Positions 38,453 through 52,652 are shown, counted from the first letter of the stretch. The stretch: 64,000 nt of DNA from Octopus vulgaris (GCA_951406725.2 OX597826.1:9424001-9488000), one strand, 5' to 3'. Notes: a model not told the origin generated them from the sequence alone. Translations and numbers: made by a program.

Positions 38453-38611
38453 GAATATACTAGAAGCATTCTATCATGGCACCAGCATTAGTGATGTTGC
38501 TTTGTATCCTGCAAGACAAAAAAAAGTATTCACTGATTTGCAGTGTCTCTGTCTGCTCAAGGTAACCTGAACAATAGAGCGAATGGGCAGAAACTAGGGG
38601 CACTTGCTTAA

Positions 38612-38831
38612 CCCTTTAACATTCAGATTACTCTGTCAAATGTAATGCTTATTTATTCACATTGTTTGGAATTAATCTTGTATTATCTTGTAGCTTTGAG
38701 ATTTCAATGCCGTGATTGTGTATTTTTTGAATGACATTGTAGGTGAGGTGTGAGAGATCAGATCTGGTCAGTTTGGACATAGAACAGGTAGAATATTTAG
38801 GCTGGATACGGCCAGTTTAAATGCTAATGGG
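38612..38831. mobile_element. piggyBac-like MITE with TTAA TSD
   Basis: ttaa|ccctttaacatt...aatgctaatggg|ttaa. Confidence 0.75.
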
Positions 38832-39571
38832 TTAAGATGAACTCAGATGGCAAGTCATAATTTCTCAATTTGACAAATAGATAATATCATTTTCATTATT
38901 AAAATTGAAACCATTTCATTTCATTTATTTCATTATAAAATTCTTTATGTAGACATAAATGTCACAACTTTACTGCCTCTCTATTAAAAATTCAGAAATC
39001 GTGTATGAAAATTTTGTCCTGACTCTTTAACACACTGATTTCAAATCCCGCTAAGTCCAACTTGGCTTTCGTCTTTTTGGGGTCAATAAAATAAAGTACC
39101 TATCAAGAATGGATTGATAATATCAGTTAACCTCCATTCCCCACCCCCACCCCACCAAATTTCATGTCTTTTGTTTCTACTAAAAACAATTATTGCATAT
39201 TTATTTCTTTATTTATTTTCATTTCAGATGCTTTTTGTGTAAATTAACTGTCTGCTGATTGGTATGTACAAGTATATATAGATTGTTTTTTTATTTTTTT
39301 TATTATACATCTACTCCTCTCTCTTTCTCTCTCTTTGCACTATTTCTTCTTTCAGCTTCTTTTGTAATTTTTTTGACTTAAAATTAAAAAAAAAATTATA
39401 AAATTAAAACAAAAAAAGAAAAGAAAAACCAGGTTCTGTCTTCAAATGATTGATACAGCCCGTTAGTGAACTAATTAAATATTTCCTCTTACATAAGTTT
39501 TTTTTTTCTTCTTTAACACAACAAATAATTCTTTTGGAGGAAAAAATGTCATATCAATCATATTACCTCCC

Positions 39572-39607
<36 letters not shown>

Positions 39608-40417
39608 ATGGTTGTTTTGAATTTTGTATACTTACTTCATGATCAGCTAGTACTTGCTTATATACTTACCGATACTGTATTATTAATAATAGTACTGAGG
39701 CAGATTTCAGAGATAAAAGGTAGGCCTTATATAAGTATATTTATTTATTTATTTAACCCTTTTAAGTTCATATCCTACATTGCTGGCAGCACACACACAC
39801 ACACACACACACACATACGCGCATATATGATGTCAGCCACTGTCTTGCAAGTTATTTTCTATAAATCATATCTTCAGTAGAAAAAAAAAAAACATTATTT
39901 TCTGTTGGTGTTGTTGCTGTGTTAAGTTGGTTAGACAGACTATGTTTTGTGGGGGAGGGGGTATTTTTATTATCTTTTTTATTTTATTAATTTTTTTTTT
40001 TTACTCCCATATAACCGAACTATACAAACTTTAATAACTGTTCCAGCATTTTCTTTCATATGGTAACACTTTGTTGTATATCGACTAGCAAACAAAATAG
40101 AGAAAATATCCAGAAATATAGGTGCATATCGAATTTTTCAAATGTTGAATAATTCAAAGATTCCATTGATCTGCATGGAAAAACGATAGGTAAGTTAGTG
40201 TTGGCATATTTTAATGCATAAAATATTAAAAACCTCATGTGAAATAAATATAGATGGAATAAAATATAAACAAAGTATGATTAAATATTATTTTGATTTT
40301 TCCCACAATTCAACTATTGGAGGAAACTCAGATTATGTTTTAGTATTATTCTGACCTCATCAGTGACGCAGTTTTCACTTTGATGAAGTTGGAGTAAATA
40401 GTAAATATAACCATTAA

Positions 40418-40635
40418 CCCTTTTATTACTGTAATTATTTTGAGATAATCCATGTTTCTTGCAATTGATTTCAAATATAACAAAGAATTAAGTAAAATAA
40501 CTTAGTTATCATTCAGCTACTGTTAGGAACATAAATTGTGACTAAGGTTTGGTGGAAGACTTTTATTCAAAACTAATGAAAACAACACATACAACAGAGC
40601 CAGAGCCGGTTTCAGCCGGGTTGGTAACGAAAGGG
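40418..40635. mobile_element. piggyBac-like MITE, second family, TTAA TSD
   Basis: ttaa|cccttttattac...gtaacgaaaggg|ttaa. Confidence 0.75.
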
Positions 40636-40870
40636 TTAAATATTATACTGTACAAGATTTTCTTTTCCTAGAAAAGTTGTATCATTTAGAAATCAAATAA
40701 TTAATGGTTAAGAGGTTCAGTTGGCAATCGCATGGTTTCAGCTTCAGTCCCACTGCAACTTAGTGCTTCTCCTAAAGCTTTGGACAGACCAAATGTCTTT
40801 TGAATGAAATTAGAGGGCTGTACAAAAATAGAAACTGCAGTAATTCATTGTATGTATATGTGTGTGTGTT

Positions 40871-41290
40871 CTTTTATCTTTTTGTTTCAGTCATTTGACT
40901 GTGGTCATGCTGGAACACTGCCTTAAAGGGTTTTTTTTTCATCAAGGAAATTAACCCCAGGACTTGCTCTTTTGTGAGTGCAGCACTTATTCTATCAGTC
41001 TCTTTTACCAAACCACTAAGTTACAGGGACATAAACACACTGATATCAGTTATCAAATGATGATGGGTGGGGGGGACAAACACAGACACAAAGATACTCA
41101 CATAAATATGTACATAGATATATACATATATACAACAGGCTTCTTTCAGTTTCCATCCCCCAAATCCACTCCTAAAGCTTTGGTTGGCCCAAGGCTATAG
41201 TGGAAGAAACTAGCCCAAGGTGCCATACTGTAGGACTGAACCCAGAACCATGTGGTTGAGAAGCAAACATCTTACCACACAACCATGCCT
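40871..41290 (-). mobile_element. Two-part tRNA SINE (older copy)
   Basis: Reverse complement of the 12826-13230 family. Confidence 0.8.
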
Positions 41291-41329
41291 ATATATATAT
41301 ATATATTATATTTGTAAATAGTAAGGGAT

Positions 41330-41825
41330 TACTGCTACAATTATTTCATTGACAGTCTTTATTGTGATGCAAACATGGTACAATAAGCTATGTAATAGGC
41401 ACAACATACATAAAATTATGTCATATGTTATGCAACTCTCAATCTGTATACCAAATCCAATTAGTAAGGCATTGGTGACCTGGGGCTATAGCAGAAGACA
41501 CTTGCCCAAGATGCCACGCAGTGGGACTGAACCATGTGGTTGGTTAGCAAGCTACTTGCCACACAGCCACTCACTGCTACAATTATTTCATTGACAGTCT
41601 TTATTGTGATGCAAACATGGTACAATAAGCTATGTAATAGGCACAACATACATAAAATTATGTCATATGTTATGCAACTCTCAATCTGTATAATTAGTAA
41701 GCTTGATGAGTTAAGAGTTGCACAATGCATTACATATTCTTATGGATGTTGTGCATATACTGCACACCTAATTGCATCACATTTACATCACAATAAAGAC
41801 TGTAAATGAAACAATTGTAGCAGTA
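41330..41825. mobile_element. MITE with about 40-bp TIRs whose left 120 bp is duplicated
   Basis: tactgctacaattatttcattgacagtctttattgtgatg vs reverse complement of 41786-41825 (38/40); exact direct repeat 41331-41450 / 41573-41692. Confidence 0.75.
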
Positions 41826-44409
41826 CCAGATAACCCATTCATCTGTTTTTATTATCTTTTTACTCCACACTTATGGCTCCATTCATCTTTGGATACTATT
41901 GGAATTGTGGATTACCAAACATCAGTTAATGTTCCTTCATCAATGCACTCCATGCTACAATAATGGATTGCTTACTTCTTAACTGTCTGATTTGCATCAT
42001 TCTATCTAGCAATTAATTGTGGTGTTTCACTTTGATACGCCTTGGTCCTTAATGGATCCCCTTTCATAAAATCTCTATAATATGTATATCATCATCATCA
42101 TCATCATCATTCTAATAGACACTTTACCATATTTGTATGAGTTGGAGAGAATTTGTTGAGGCAGATTTTTCTATGACTGGATGCCCTACTCTTTGCCACC
42201 TTTCACCTGTTTCTAATAATATTTCTCCATGACCAAACTTGTTTTGATGGAAGATTGGGAATGAAGAACACAGCTTGCAAGACAATGACACTTGCTTACA
42301 GCAATCATGCAAAGTCAAAGCAAGGAGACAGTAATACACACAACTCTCTCTCTCTCTTACATACACACACACACAAATGCTTTGGTCAGCTTGAGGCTAT
42401 AGTCAAAGACATTTTCTCATGGTACCACACAGTGAGATTGAACCCAAGGCCAGGTGGTTTGCAAGCAATATCTGAATATGAGTAGCCATGTAGCTCCTCC
42501 ACAACAAGAACCTGCTCTATCTCCTCTTGTATTTTATCATCTCATCTCCTAGCATGAAGCTGACACCCCATTCTCAGGATTCATAATTTTGCAAGCTACG
42601 TGATGGTCTCACTTATGCTGGTGTTACAATAAACGCACTCAATACTTGATGTAAAGTGTTGGCATTAGAAAAGGTATCCAGCCATAGAAACCATACTAAA
42701 GCAGACACTGGAGCATGATGCAGTTCTTGGTTTGAATGAATTCTGCTAAACCATCCAATCCATGCCAGCATGGAGCAAGGATGTTAACAACAACCACACA
42801 GTCACATGTGTGTGTGTCTACATGTGAATTTGTGTTTACATCTCAGTGTTGTTTGAGCATTAAAATAAATGTTGTTTTTGATATGATTGAGTAAAAACCC
42901 TTCAAGGCACTGCAGTCCAATGGCTGATGCAAGTAAAAGAATTAAACATTTCAGAATTGCCATTTGTTTGAAATATAATGGTTATTTAATACGAAGAGAA
43001 TCAAAAAGTTGACTACGAATGAATAGGCAGCAAAGAGTCCAAAATGATATGTCAATGATTATTTTTGCATAACAACATTTGTACAAGCATATACATTTCC
43101 TCTGTGATTCTTTCATCACTAATCCAGTAAGTATTATTAAGGTTATATTTCATTGATGAGGTTAGAACAAGATGAAAACATGTCTAAATTTGCCTTCCAT
43201 ACTTGCCAGGAAAATGGAAATAAGATTAGTTATTGACTACTATTGGATTTTCCTCAGCATATATTTCTGGTTTGTTTGTTTTTTATGCTCTGTGTATTGA
43301 ATTTGTTAGTACTAATTTTTTTTAACATTTTTTTATATATTTTATTTAATCTGTTATCTATTTGCAAAGAGATTTACTATGATTTCTCTTTCTTTTTTTC
43401 TTCTTTGTTGTGTTTTGTTTTGTTTAATCTATTGTGCAAATAATACAGAATGTGTCTGGATGTTTGAGATGAGTTTGTGTTAATATGATTGTAATTTTTC
43501 CAACTATTCACTTCATCTTTAAAGATGAAATATTTTTCTTCTAATATTTGCTGCATCAACACAATACTTCAATCGGCTTGATCTGCAGTCATCATGCGTT
43601 TCAGTCCCAGATATATACATTTAACTGGAGCTGGATTTAAACTAATTTTGAAATTAAGATAACTATTTCAAATCCAGTCCAGTGCTACATATATATCCAA
43701 GAATAAGACATCTGATGCTGATGATCAGAGATCAAAAGCACAAATATATTGTCATCATCATCATCATCACCATCATCATCATTTAGCATCTGTTGTCCAT
43801 GCTGGCATGGGTTGGATTGTTTGATCAGGGCTGGCAAGCTGGAGGGCTGCACCAGACTCCAGTCTGATTTGGCATGGTTTCTATGGTTGGATGCCCTTCC
43901 TAACACCAACCACTCCAAGAATGTAATGGGTGCTTTCACATGCCACTGGCACAGGTGCCATTTGCATGACATCGGTATCTGCCACAACTGTGGTTTTACT
44001 AGGCTTGATGGGTCTTCCTCTCAAGTACGATATTGTAAATGTAAATATTGGTTTCAAGGCCATCAATTTCAGGACAGGGGTTCTTGTCAACCCCAGGACT
44101 CAAACAGAAGTTATTTTATCGACCCCGAAAGGATGTAAAGTTAAGTTGATCTTGGCAGAATTTGAACTTAGGACTTGCAGACAGACAAAATACCACTAAA
44201 CATTTTACCTAGCAGGCTAATGATTCTGCCAGTTCACCACCTTTGTGGATGTTAATATTGAGAAGATGATGAAGAAAAGGAAACAGTTTCTTCTTTGATG
44301 ATGTGGTTAATAATTTGCAAAAAATTTAAGACCCTCACCCACCCACATTCTTTCCTTGTTCCTCTGTCCCCATTCACTTCTACTTACTACGTATCTTGAA
44401 GGACCGCCC

Positions 44410-44750
44410 AGAAACCTTGAACGGATGGCCTAAAATTTTCATGATCACATAACCATTAACATTTGGCTTTTTAATGCCCCAGATCTTAATCCATTGGACT
44501 ATTACATGTGGAGCATTGTTGAGAGAGAGGTCAATGAACATGCCCATAACACCAAAGGTTCTTTGAAAGCTGGCATAGCCAGAGTAATGTCCAAAATGAA
44601 CCAGGACCACTTGATTCAAGCATGTAGACGATTTAGGTCTTGTATAGAAGCAGTTATTGAAGTCGAAGGTGGCTTTATTGAATAACATTATAGAAAAGAA
44701 GGTTTATTTTTTATTCTCAAAGCATTTTTTGATAATAAAGTTATTATCTG
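44410..44750 (+). mobile_element. Tc1/mariner-superfamily transposase C-terminal fragment (maT/DD37D-like)
   Basis: IWLFNAPDLNPLDYYMWSIVEREVN..RRFRSCIEAVIEVEGGFIE* (stop at 44685). Confidence 0.75.
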
Positions 44751-44769
44751 TTTGTTTATATATATATTA

Positions 44770-44976
44770 CTCTCTCTTTACTCTTTTACTTGTTTCAGTC
44801 ATTTGACTGCGGCCATGCTGGAGCACCGCCTTTAGTCGAGCAAATCGACCCCGGGACTTATTCTTTGTAAGCCCAGTACTTATTCTATCGGTCTCTTTTG
44901 CCGAACTGCTAAGTGACGGGGACGTAAACACCAGCATCGATTGTCAAGCAATGCTAGCGGGACAAACACAGACACA

Positions 44977-45060
<84 letters not shown>

Positions 45061-45225
45061 TACGACCGGCTTCTTTCAGTTTCCGTCTACCAAATCCACT
45101 CACAAGGCATTGGTCGGCCCGGGGCTATAGCAGAAGACACTTGCCCAAGATGCCACGCAGTGGGGCTGAACCCGGAACTATGTGGTTGGTAAGCAAGCTA
45201 CTTACCACACAGCCACTCCTGCGCC
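44770..45225 (-). mobile_element. Young two-part tRNA SINE
   Basis: CpG-intact reverse complement of the family; near-identical to 50290-50710. Confidence 0.9.
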
Positions 45226-45235
45226 AATATATATA

Positions 45236-45412
45236 TATTGGTAAAAACAGTAAGATAACAAAAGAAAGAAAGAGACCTCAATATTATGTAAATAGAGGAA
45301 ATTTATCTGTAAAATAATATGTGACAATTACTCAATAGCAAAGATAAAACTCTGAGTTTCGGATGCCGAGGTAGAAATCCACAACACCATCTCTTCGGTT
45401 ATCTGGCCATCT
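45236..45412 (-). mobile_element. Second copy of the hammerhead-bearing short repeat (fold at 45338-45407)
   Basis: Reverse complement of 27194-27370; (TA)n on both sides; core ccgaaga..gaaactcagagtt retained. Confidence 0.6.
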
Positions 45413-45674
45413 GTAAAACAGATATATATATATATAAAAAACATATATATATATATATATGTTTTTTTTTATAAACATAAATCTTTCCTCAAATATCTTA
45501 TGCATCCTGTAGAATGTGTTAGTATTCCTTTGTAAGCCTCAGGCATTATTTAGTCATGTATGCACCTTAATGTGTCATTATGAAATCATACATTACTTCT
45601 CTTGATTGATGTGCGTATTCAACCCACAGTAGAGAACAAATCAACAATCTTTCAACAAAGCATCATTCAGTTAT

Positions 45675-46830
45675 ATCATCATCGTCATCATCATCATTTA
45701 ACGTACGTTGACCATGCTGGCATGGGTTGGACAGTTTGACTAGAGCTGGTAAGCTGAGGGTCTACACCAGACCCCAGTCTGATTTGGCATGGTTTCTACA
45801 GCTGGATGCCCTTCCTAACATCAACCATTCCAAGAGTGTAGTGGGTGGTTTTATGTGTCACTGGCAGGGGTGCCAGTTGTGTGACTCAGTATCTGCCATG
45901 ACTACAATTTCCCTTGGCTTGATGAGTCTTCTACTCAGCACAGAAGCCAGTCAAGGCAGCGCTGGCAACAGCCACGTTCGGATGGTGCTTTTTATGTGCT
46001 ACCGGCATAGGTATCACAACTACTATTTCCATTGATATTTATTTCGATGTTCATGTACTTGACTCAATAGGTCTCCTCAAGCACAGCAGGATGTTCTGGA
46101 ATCCAAGGTACTTTGAATGGGCAGGAGCTATGCAGAACTGGTGCAGGAAGCAGCCCGGGTCTTTGCAATCACAGCATATCTCCAGAGATCTCGGTCCTTC
46201 GCCATTGCCTCAGTGAGGCCCGGTGCAGGAAGCAGCCCGGGTCTTTGCAGTCACAGCATATCTCCAGAGATCACGGTCCTTCGCCATTGCCTCAGTGAGG
46301 CCCAACGTTCTGAGGTCATGCTTGACTACCTCATCCCATGGCTTCCTGGGTCTACCTCTCCCCCTGATTCCTTCAACTGTTTGGGAGCAGCACTTCTTCA
46401 CACATCTCTCTTCATCCATCCGCAGTACATGACCATACCATCGCAAGCGTCGCTCTTGCACACCACATCTGATGCTTCTTATGTCCAACATTTCTCGCAG
46501 GGTGCTTACCTTCTGTTGTGCGTGCACACTGACATTACACATCCAGCGGATCATGCTAGCTTCATTTCTTTCAAGTCTATGCATGTCCTCTGCAGTCACA
46601 GCCCATGTTTCACTACCGTGAAGCATGGCAGTTCACACACATGCATCATACAATCTACCTTTCACTCTGAGTGAGAGACCCTTTGTCACCAGTAGGAGTA
46701 GGAGCTTTCTAAACTTTGCCCAGGCTATTCGTATTCTAGTGGTGACACTCTCTGAGCATCCACCTCCACTACTAACTTGGTCACCCAGGTAGCGGAAACT
46801 ATCAACTACTTCTAGTTTCTCCCCCTGGAA
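45675..46830 (-). mobile_element. 5'-truncated RTE-clade LINE (ORF C-terminus + 3' UTR + (GAT)n tail)
   Basis: [59 protein letters not shown]. Confidence 0.9.
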
Positions 46831-46833
46831 ATG

Positions 46834-47440
<607 letters not shown>

Positions 47441-47579
47441 AAAATATATAAAAACAGAATAAGAATGTAAAGGATGACAATAAAAACATATCGACAGGTA
47501 GACGATACAAAGACAGGAAAAACCAGGATGGATCAGTCGTGACCCTCTGTTCATCGGTCAAGGTTCCAATTATCATTAC

Positions 47580-47893
47580 AGTGGCCATGGAATTGCACCT
47601 TGAAAGTTCCCTTTCTTGGTACAAGTCCAGGCAAGATTATTTATGAAGGACCAGCAGTCACCCATGCATACAAGCCTTCCCTCTCCACACCATTGATGTT
47701 ATCCAAAGGAAAGGCAAAGGTCTATACATCTTGGCACCAGTGACATCGCAGCTCATTTCTGCAGCAGAGTGAACTGCAGCAACATGAAATAAAGTGTCTT
47801 GTTCAAGAACACAGCACACAGCCTGGTTTGGGAATCGAACTCACAACCTCATGATTGTGAGCCTGACTCTCTAACCACAGCCACACACCTTGG
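47580..47893 (-). mobile_element. tRNA-derived SINE with CORE-like block
   Basis: Reverse complement of the 21415-21735 family; B box gagttcgattccc. Confidence 0.8.
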
Positions 47894-49526
47894 GAGAGAG
47901 ACATATATTTATCCCCCTGATTGGTCAACATAAGTTCATGGCTTTTTGAATGTTTTGCTGTGTAATTTACTTCTTATATTATTCTTTTGTTCTCTGTTGT
48001 TTGACTGGCTTCAGTCATTGGATTGTGGCTAAGCTGGAGTACCACCTCGAAATGTTTAGTCTGATAAATCAGTCACAAAACTTTTTTTTTTTTGTTAAAT
48101 CTGGTACTTATTCTATCGGTCTCTTATGCCAAACCACTAAGTTACAGGAACATAAACAAACCAACATAGTCTATCAAGTGATAGTGGGGACCAACACAAT
48201 TACAAAGACGCACACACATGCTTAGATGTATACATGCATATGAGATGGGCTTCCACACAGTTTCTGTCTGCCAGATTCACTCACAAGGCATTGGTCAGCC
48301 TAGAGTTATAATAAAAGACACTTACCCAAAGTGCCATCTGGTGGAATTGAATCTGAAACTACATGATTGCAAGTGAGCTTCTTGACCACTGACACCAGTA
48401 CCTGTTTTAGACTGTTGGTTATTTTATCAAATCACCAAGTTTCACTTTTTGGCCCAGCACCAGTTTTAAACAGTTTTTAGTCAATATCTAATTTTATTTT
48501 CATTTTTCTGGCAAGTGTGGAAGACAGATTTAGACATGTTTTTTTCTTGTTCTGACCTCATCAATGAAACACAGTCTTCACTATACTTACCAAAATAGCT
48601 ATGAAAGAATCACAGACTAAATGTACATATTTGTATATTTGTTAATTTAAGAAATAATCATTGTCGAATATTATTTTTTCTTCATTATATTTTTTTAGTT
48701 AACCTTTTTAATATTCTCAGTATTAAACAGTTGTTATTTTTCATACAGATGAAGGTGGCAAGTTGGCAGAATCATTAAAGTGTTGAACAAACTGCTTAGA
48801 GACATTTTTCTGGTCTTTTAGGTTCTAAGTTCAAATCCACCAATGACATGATCATGCATGTAATTAATTGTTTTTGGGGTGGGGGATGGCGAGGATAAGT
48901 ATTTGCTATAATATTTGCTAAAGTACTCCTTCCCTTATGTCCTTCGAAAATAAAGTACCAGTCAAGTACTTGGGCTGATCTAATTGACTAACTCACTCCC
49001 ACTAAAATTGCTGGTCTTGTGCCAAAATTTGAAACCATTTTTCATATAAATGATATTTTTGACTCAGTGAATTTCTAACCAATTTTATGAACACAGACAC
49101 AGATATATGTACTGACATGCACATTCACATACACACACACATATGTACTGACATGCACATTTACATACACACACACACATAAATACACACACACGCGTGC
49201 ACATGTACTGATATGCACATTCACATACACACACATGCACACACTGGGTTTCTAAATCAATTCCATCAACTCACAAGCTCAACCTAAATCTGTGGTAGGA
49301 TTCACTTACCCAAGGTTCTATGCAGTAAGTCTGAATCCTATGGTAGTGTGATTAAGCGAATTTGCTTTGGAGCAGGAAAGTGAATTCCTTAATGACGTAG
49401 TCATGTAGTTATTTAATTTGTTGTTATTTTGTGTAGTGGGATGAGGGATAAGTGTTTGCTATAACATTTTCTCAAGTACTCCTATAAATTTTGTTCGTAC
49501 CTTATTTCAAGGACCATCTTCTAACT

Positions 49527-49834
49527 CAGTGCTTTTCAAACTATCTGATGTGGCATACCGGCAGTTTTTTTTCCTTCTTCCAATGTGCCAAGGACCGGTA
49601 ATATTTCTTGGTAATATTAATTTATACCAGAAACAATATATATAATGAATATAATAAAAGTTTGTGAGTACCATGCTTCACCGGTCAGCTGATAGGTTGT
49701 TTACTGCAGTGCATAAGGTGAAATTACTGAAATTATGCTATTGTTTCTCTCTTTTCTGGAAACTCGCTGTGTACTGACAGCTGATGGCTCACAGACTGGC
49801 ACCGGTCTGCAGACCACCACTTTGAGTAGCACTG
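49527..49834. mobile_element. hAT-type MITE
   Basis: TIRs cagtgcttttcaaa / tttgagtagcactg; TSD ttctaact/ctctaact. Confidence 0.75.
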
Positions 49835-50289
49835 CTCTAACTAACATCTTCATGAGAGTCAATATCTTTGGTTGGAATTATCACGAATATAGTCATTGTC
49901 ATTTTAATCAGAATTATTTACATGGTCACTCAACTTGCTATAAACAGTACCCAAAATATCCCTCAACTCCCTACCACCTTACAGACAGCCTTAAAAGACT
50001 AAGGAACACATTGGATAATGTAGATGTAGTGTTTAAATACCTTAAGCAGATAGTTCAGTTCACAGTAGGGATTGTTTTTCACGATAAGTCTGCTTGACTG
50101 GAGCTGATCTGGGATTAAATGATATGAAGATTATCATTATTATTTAAATGTTCTTTTTAATATTCTGCAGGATTAGACACAACTGATCTGTGCTACAACA
50201 GTTTGTTATATGTTTCATTTTAAATATGTTGGAAGATTGAACAGGGAAGAGCTGTGTATGTTACAACAGCTTGTTATAGGTTCTATATA

Positions 50290-50710
50290 CTCTTTACTCT
50301 TTTACTTGTTTCAGTCATTTGACTGCGGCCATGCTGGAGCACCGCCTTTAGTCGAGCAAATCGACCCCGGGACTTATTCTTTGTAAGCCCAGTACTTATT
50401 CTATCGGTCTCTTTTGCCGAACCGCTTAGTGACAGGGATGTAAACACACCAGCATCGGTTGTCAAGCAATGCTAGGGGGACAAACACAGACACACAAACA
50501 TATACACACACACTTATATATATATATATATATATATACATATATACGACAGGCTTCTTTCAGTTTCCGCCTACCAAATCCACTCACAAGGCATTGGTCG
50601 GCCCGGGGCTATAGCAGAAGACACTTGCCCAAGATGCCACGCAGTGGGATTGAACCCAGAACCATGTGGTTGGTTAGCAAGCTACTTACCACACAGCCAC
50701 TCCTGCGCCT
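50290..50710 (-). mobile_element. Young two-part tRNA SINE
   Basis: Full-length, CpG-intact. Confidence 0.9.
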
Positions 50711-51379
50711 ATATATCGTGTTTTCATCATCATCATCATCATCATTTAACGTCCTTGTTCCATGCTTGTATGGGTTGGACAGTCTAGCACAATCCAATAA
50801 ATCCAAGGATTGCATCTTGCTCCAGTGTCTCTTCTATGGCTTGATGCCCTTCCTAAAGCCAACCACTTTCCAATGCTTGCTGGATGCTTTTTTGGAGCCA
50901 CTAGCATTAATGGGGTTCCCATACAACTTGCATGTCTATAAGACTCAAGTGGGGAAAAGAAACTTTATGGATGGGAGAATAAGGAATAGAAACAGGTGAA
51001 ACAAATATCTCAAAGGATTTCATTCAAAGTTTTTCCTTGCTGATATTTATCTGTTTTACCAATTTACATCAGCAAAAGAAGTACATACATTCAGCTATCA
51101 AGTTCCACTGACAAAGTATTGGTCAACCAAAAACTTGTTGCAGAAAATATTTGCGCAAGATTCCACAGTGAAATTGAACCAGGAAGTATTCATGCTCCAT
51201 AGTGCTTATTTAAGCCATGTGTTTGCTTTGGATCGCCAGCTGTCTTTTCTTTTTGTTCTCAATTCTAGGCCATCTCTTCTGCTTCTCTCCTGTTGGATCA
51301 CTGTTATTTCAGCTCTGCCTCTGTATTCCATTTCTAGTTATTCCCTTTGAATTTGATGTACTTCATCATATGCTTTCCT

Positions 51380-51630
51380 GAGGAAAGGTGTTCCTCTCTC
51401 AGGTCTTGCGATTTTTGAATTTTCATTGATGCTTCTGTAACTTTTTTTCTTGGTAGGGGTGTTGGCACTGCACAAACTCATTTTTACCTCTGTGAAGAGT
51501 TAGACCATATTAATCTGGCCTCTATTCTTTGACCTGCCCAGCATAGGAGACCCTACCATGAGCTTGCATTCCACTAGCATAGCTTTCAGGGGTCATTGGG
51601 TCACACAGCATAAACACTGCAACAAGGTTT
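51380..51630 (-). mobile_element. Decayed 5' end of an RTE-clade LINE
   Basis: Minus strand accttgttg..caatgacccctgaaagctatg..ggtagggtctcctatgctgggcaggtcaaag resembles the conserved 5' region of RTE/BovB/Expander elements (from recall). Confidence 0.5.
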
Positions 51631-51949
51631 GGACCTCATAGTAGATGCTTCATAGTAGATAACATTATATTAGAAACCCAACACTCTTATGTTCAACTAC
51701 ACTATGACCATACTATCTCTGAGTTTTACTTTGTTACTAGTTACTTCTGTTTCCTACAGTCCACTACTTTAACTATTTGTCCACCTCACATGTGAGCCTC
51801 TACATGGTTACTTGGTCTGCTAGAAACAACAACCATTTTTTTTTATCCTACCACGACCCACTAAGTTAAGAAAATGCATCATGTCATCTGGTTATACAGT
51901 TTCAGAAATAATAGTAGGAAATTAAAGATGCCATGCTCACATCGCACTC

Positions 51950-52450
51950 ATCAGAGGTTTTACTCAGTGCTAACCTAAGGTTTTCCTGCTAACTTGTGCA
52001 ACTTTTCCCCCCAACATACATCACCCAATAATACCTATTTGTTATCCAAAAAATACCTCAGCCCTGATAGGCTACTGATCCTTTATGTAACTGATTTGAG
52101 ATCCACAATGGAGTATTGCCCCCAAATGTGGGATGATGCTGCTGCAATATACACAAATGTTGGCAATTGCTGATTTATTTACAGTATCATTACTTGTCTG
52201 TCTTAATTTATATGCTTCTTGAAGTTGTTTTAGCTTCGGGGCACATTTGCAATTCTTCATAATTCTCAGTTTAGTTTTTGTTACGCAGAACTCCCTGAGG
52301 TCTTTAGATAACATGGAATTAAAATCTTCATTTTCAGTTCAACTTCCATTATCCATTCATTCAATCATTCCTCCGCTAAACTAAAGCCACTGGAATACCG
52401 AAGGATCCTTAGATAGTGATCAATTTTAATACAGTTGATTCACAAGTTAA
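51950..52450 (+). mobile_element. Decayed CR1/Jockey-group LINE fragment (post-RT region)
   Basis: KYLSPDRLLILYVTDLRSTMEYCPQMWD resembles LYKAxxRPxMEYCSxIW. Confidence 0.6.
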
Positions 52451-52652
52451 TGTGCAGTTAACTCTGCTATCTTTCGTATTCACGTTTCATTCATACATGC
52501 CCAGCTTACTCATAAATATGTCACACTTTCCAGAAATCTTCATTTTACTGATGTTGATAGTCAACCAATTTAATCATTGCTCCATCTTTCCATCATTCTC
52601 TCCACATTTTGCTTACAAGAGCTTTGTTAAACTACACTGGAAAATTAATGTA

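Noticed and set aside
47445-47580. Minus-strand ccgatga in a short segment next to (TA)n, possibly another Penelope-type end
   Set aside because: No GAAA or stem closure found; single copy in the window
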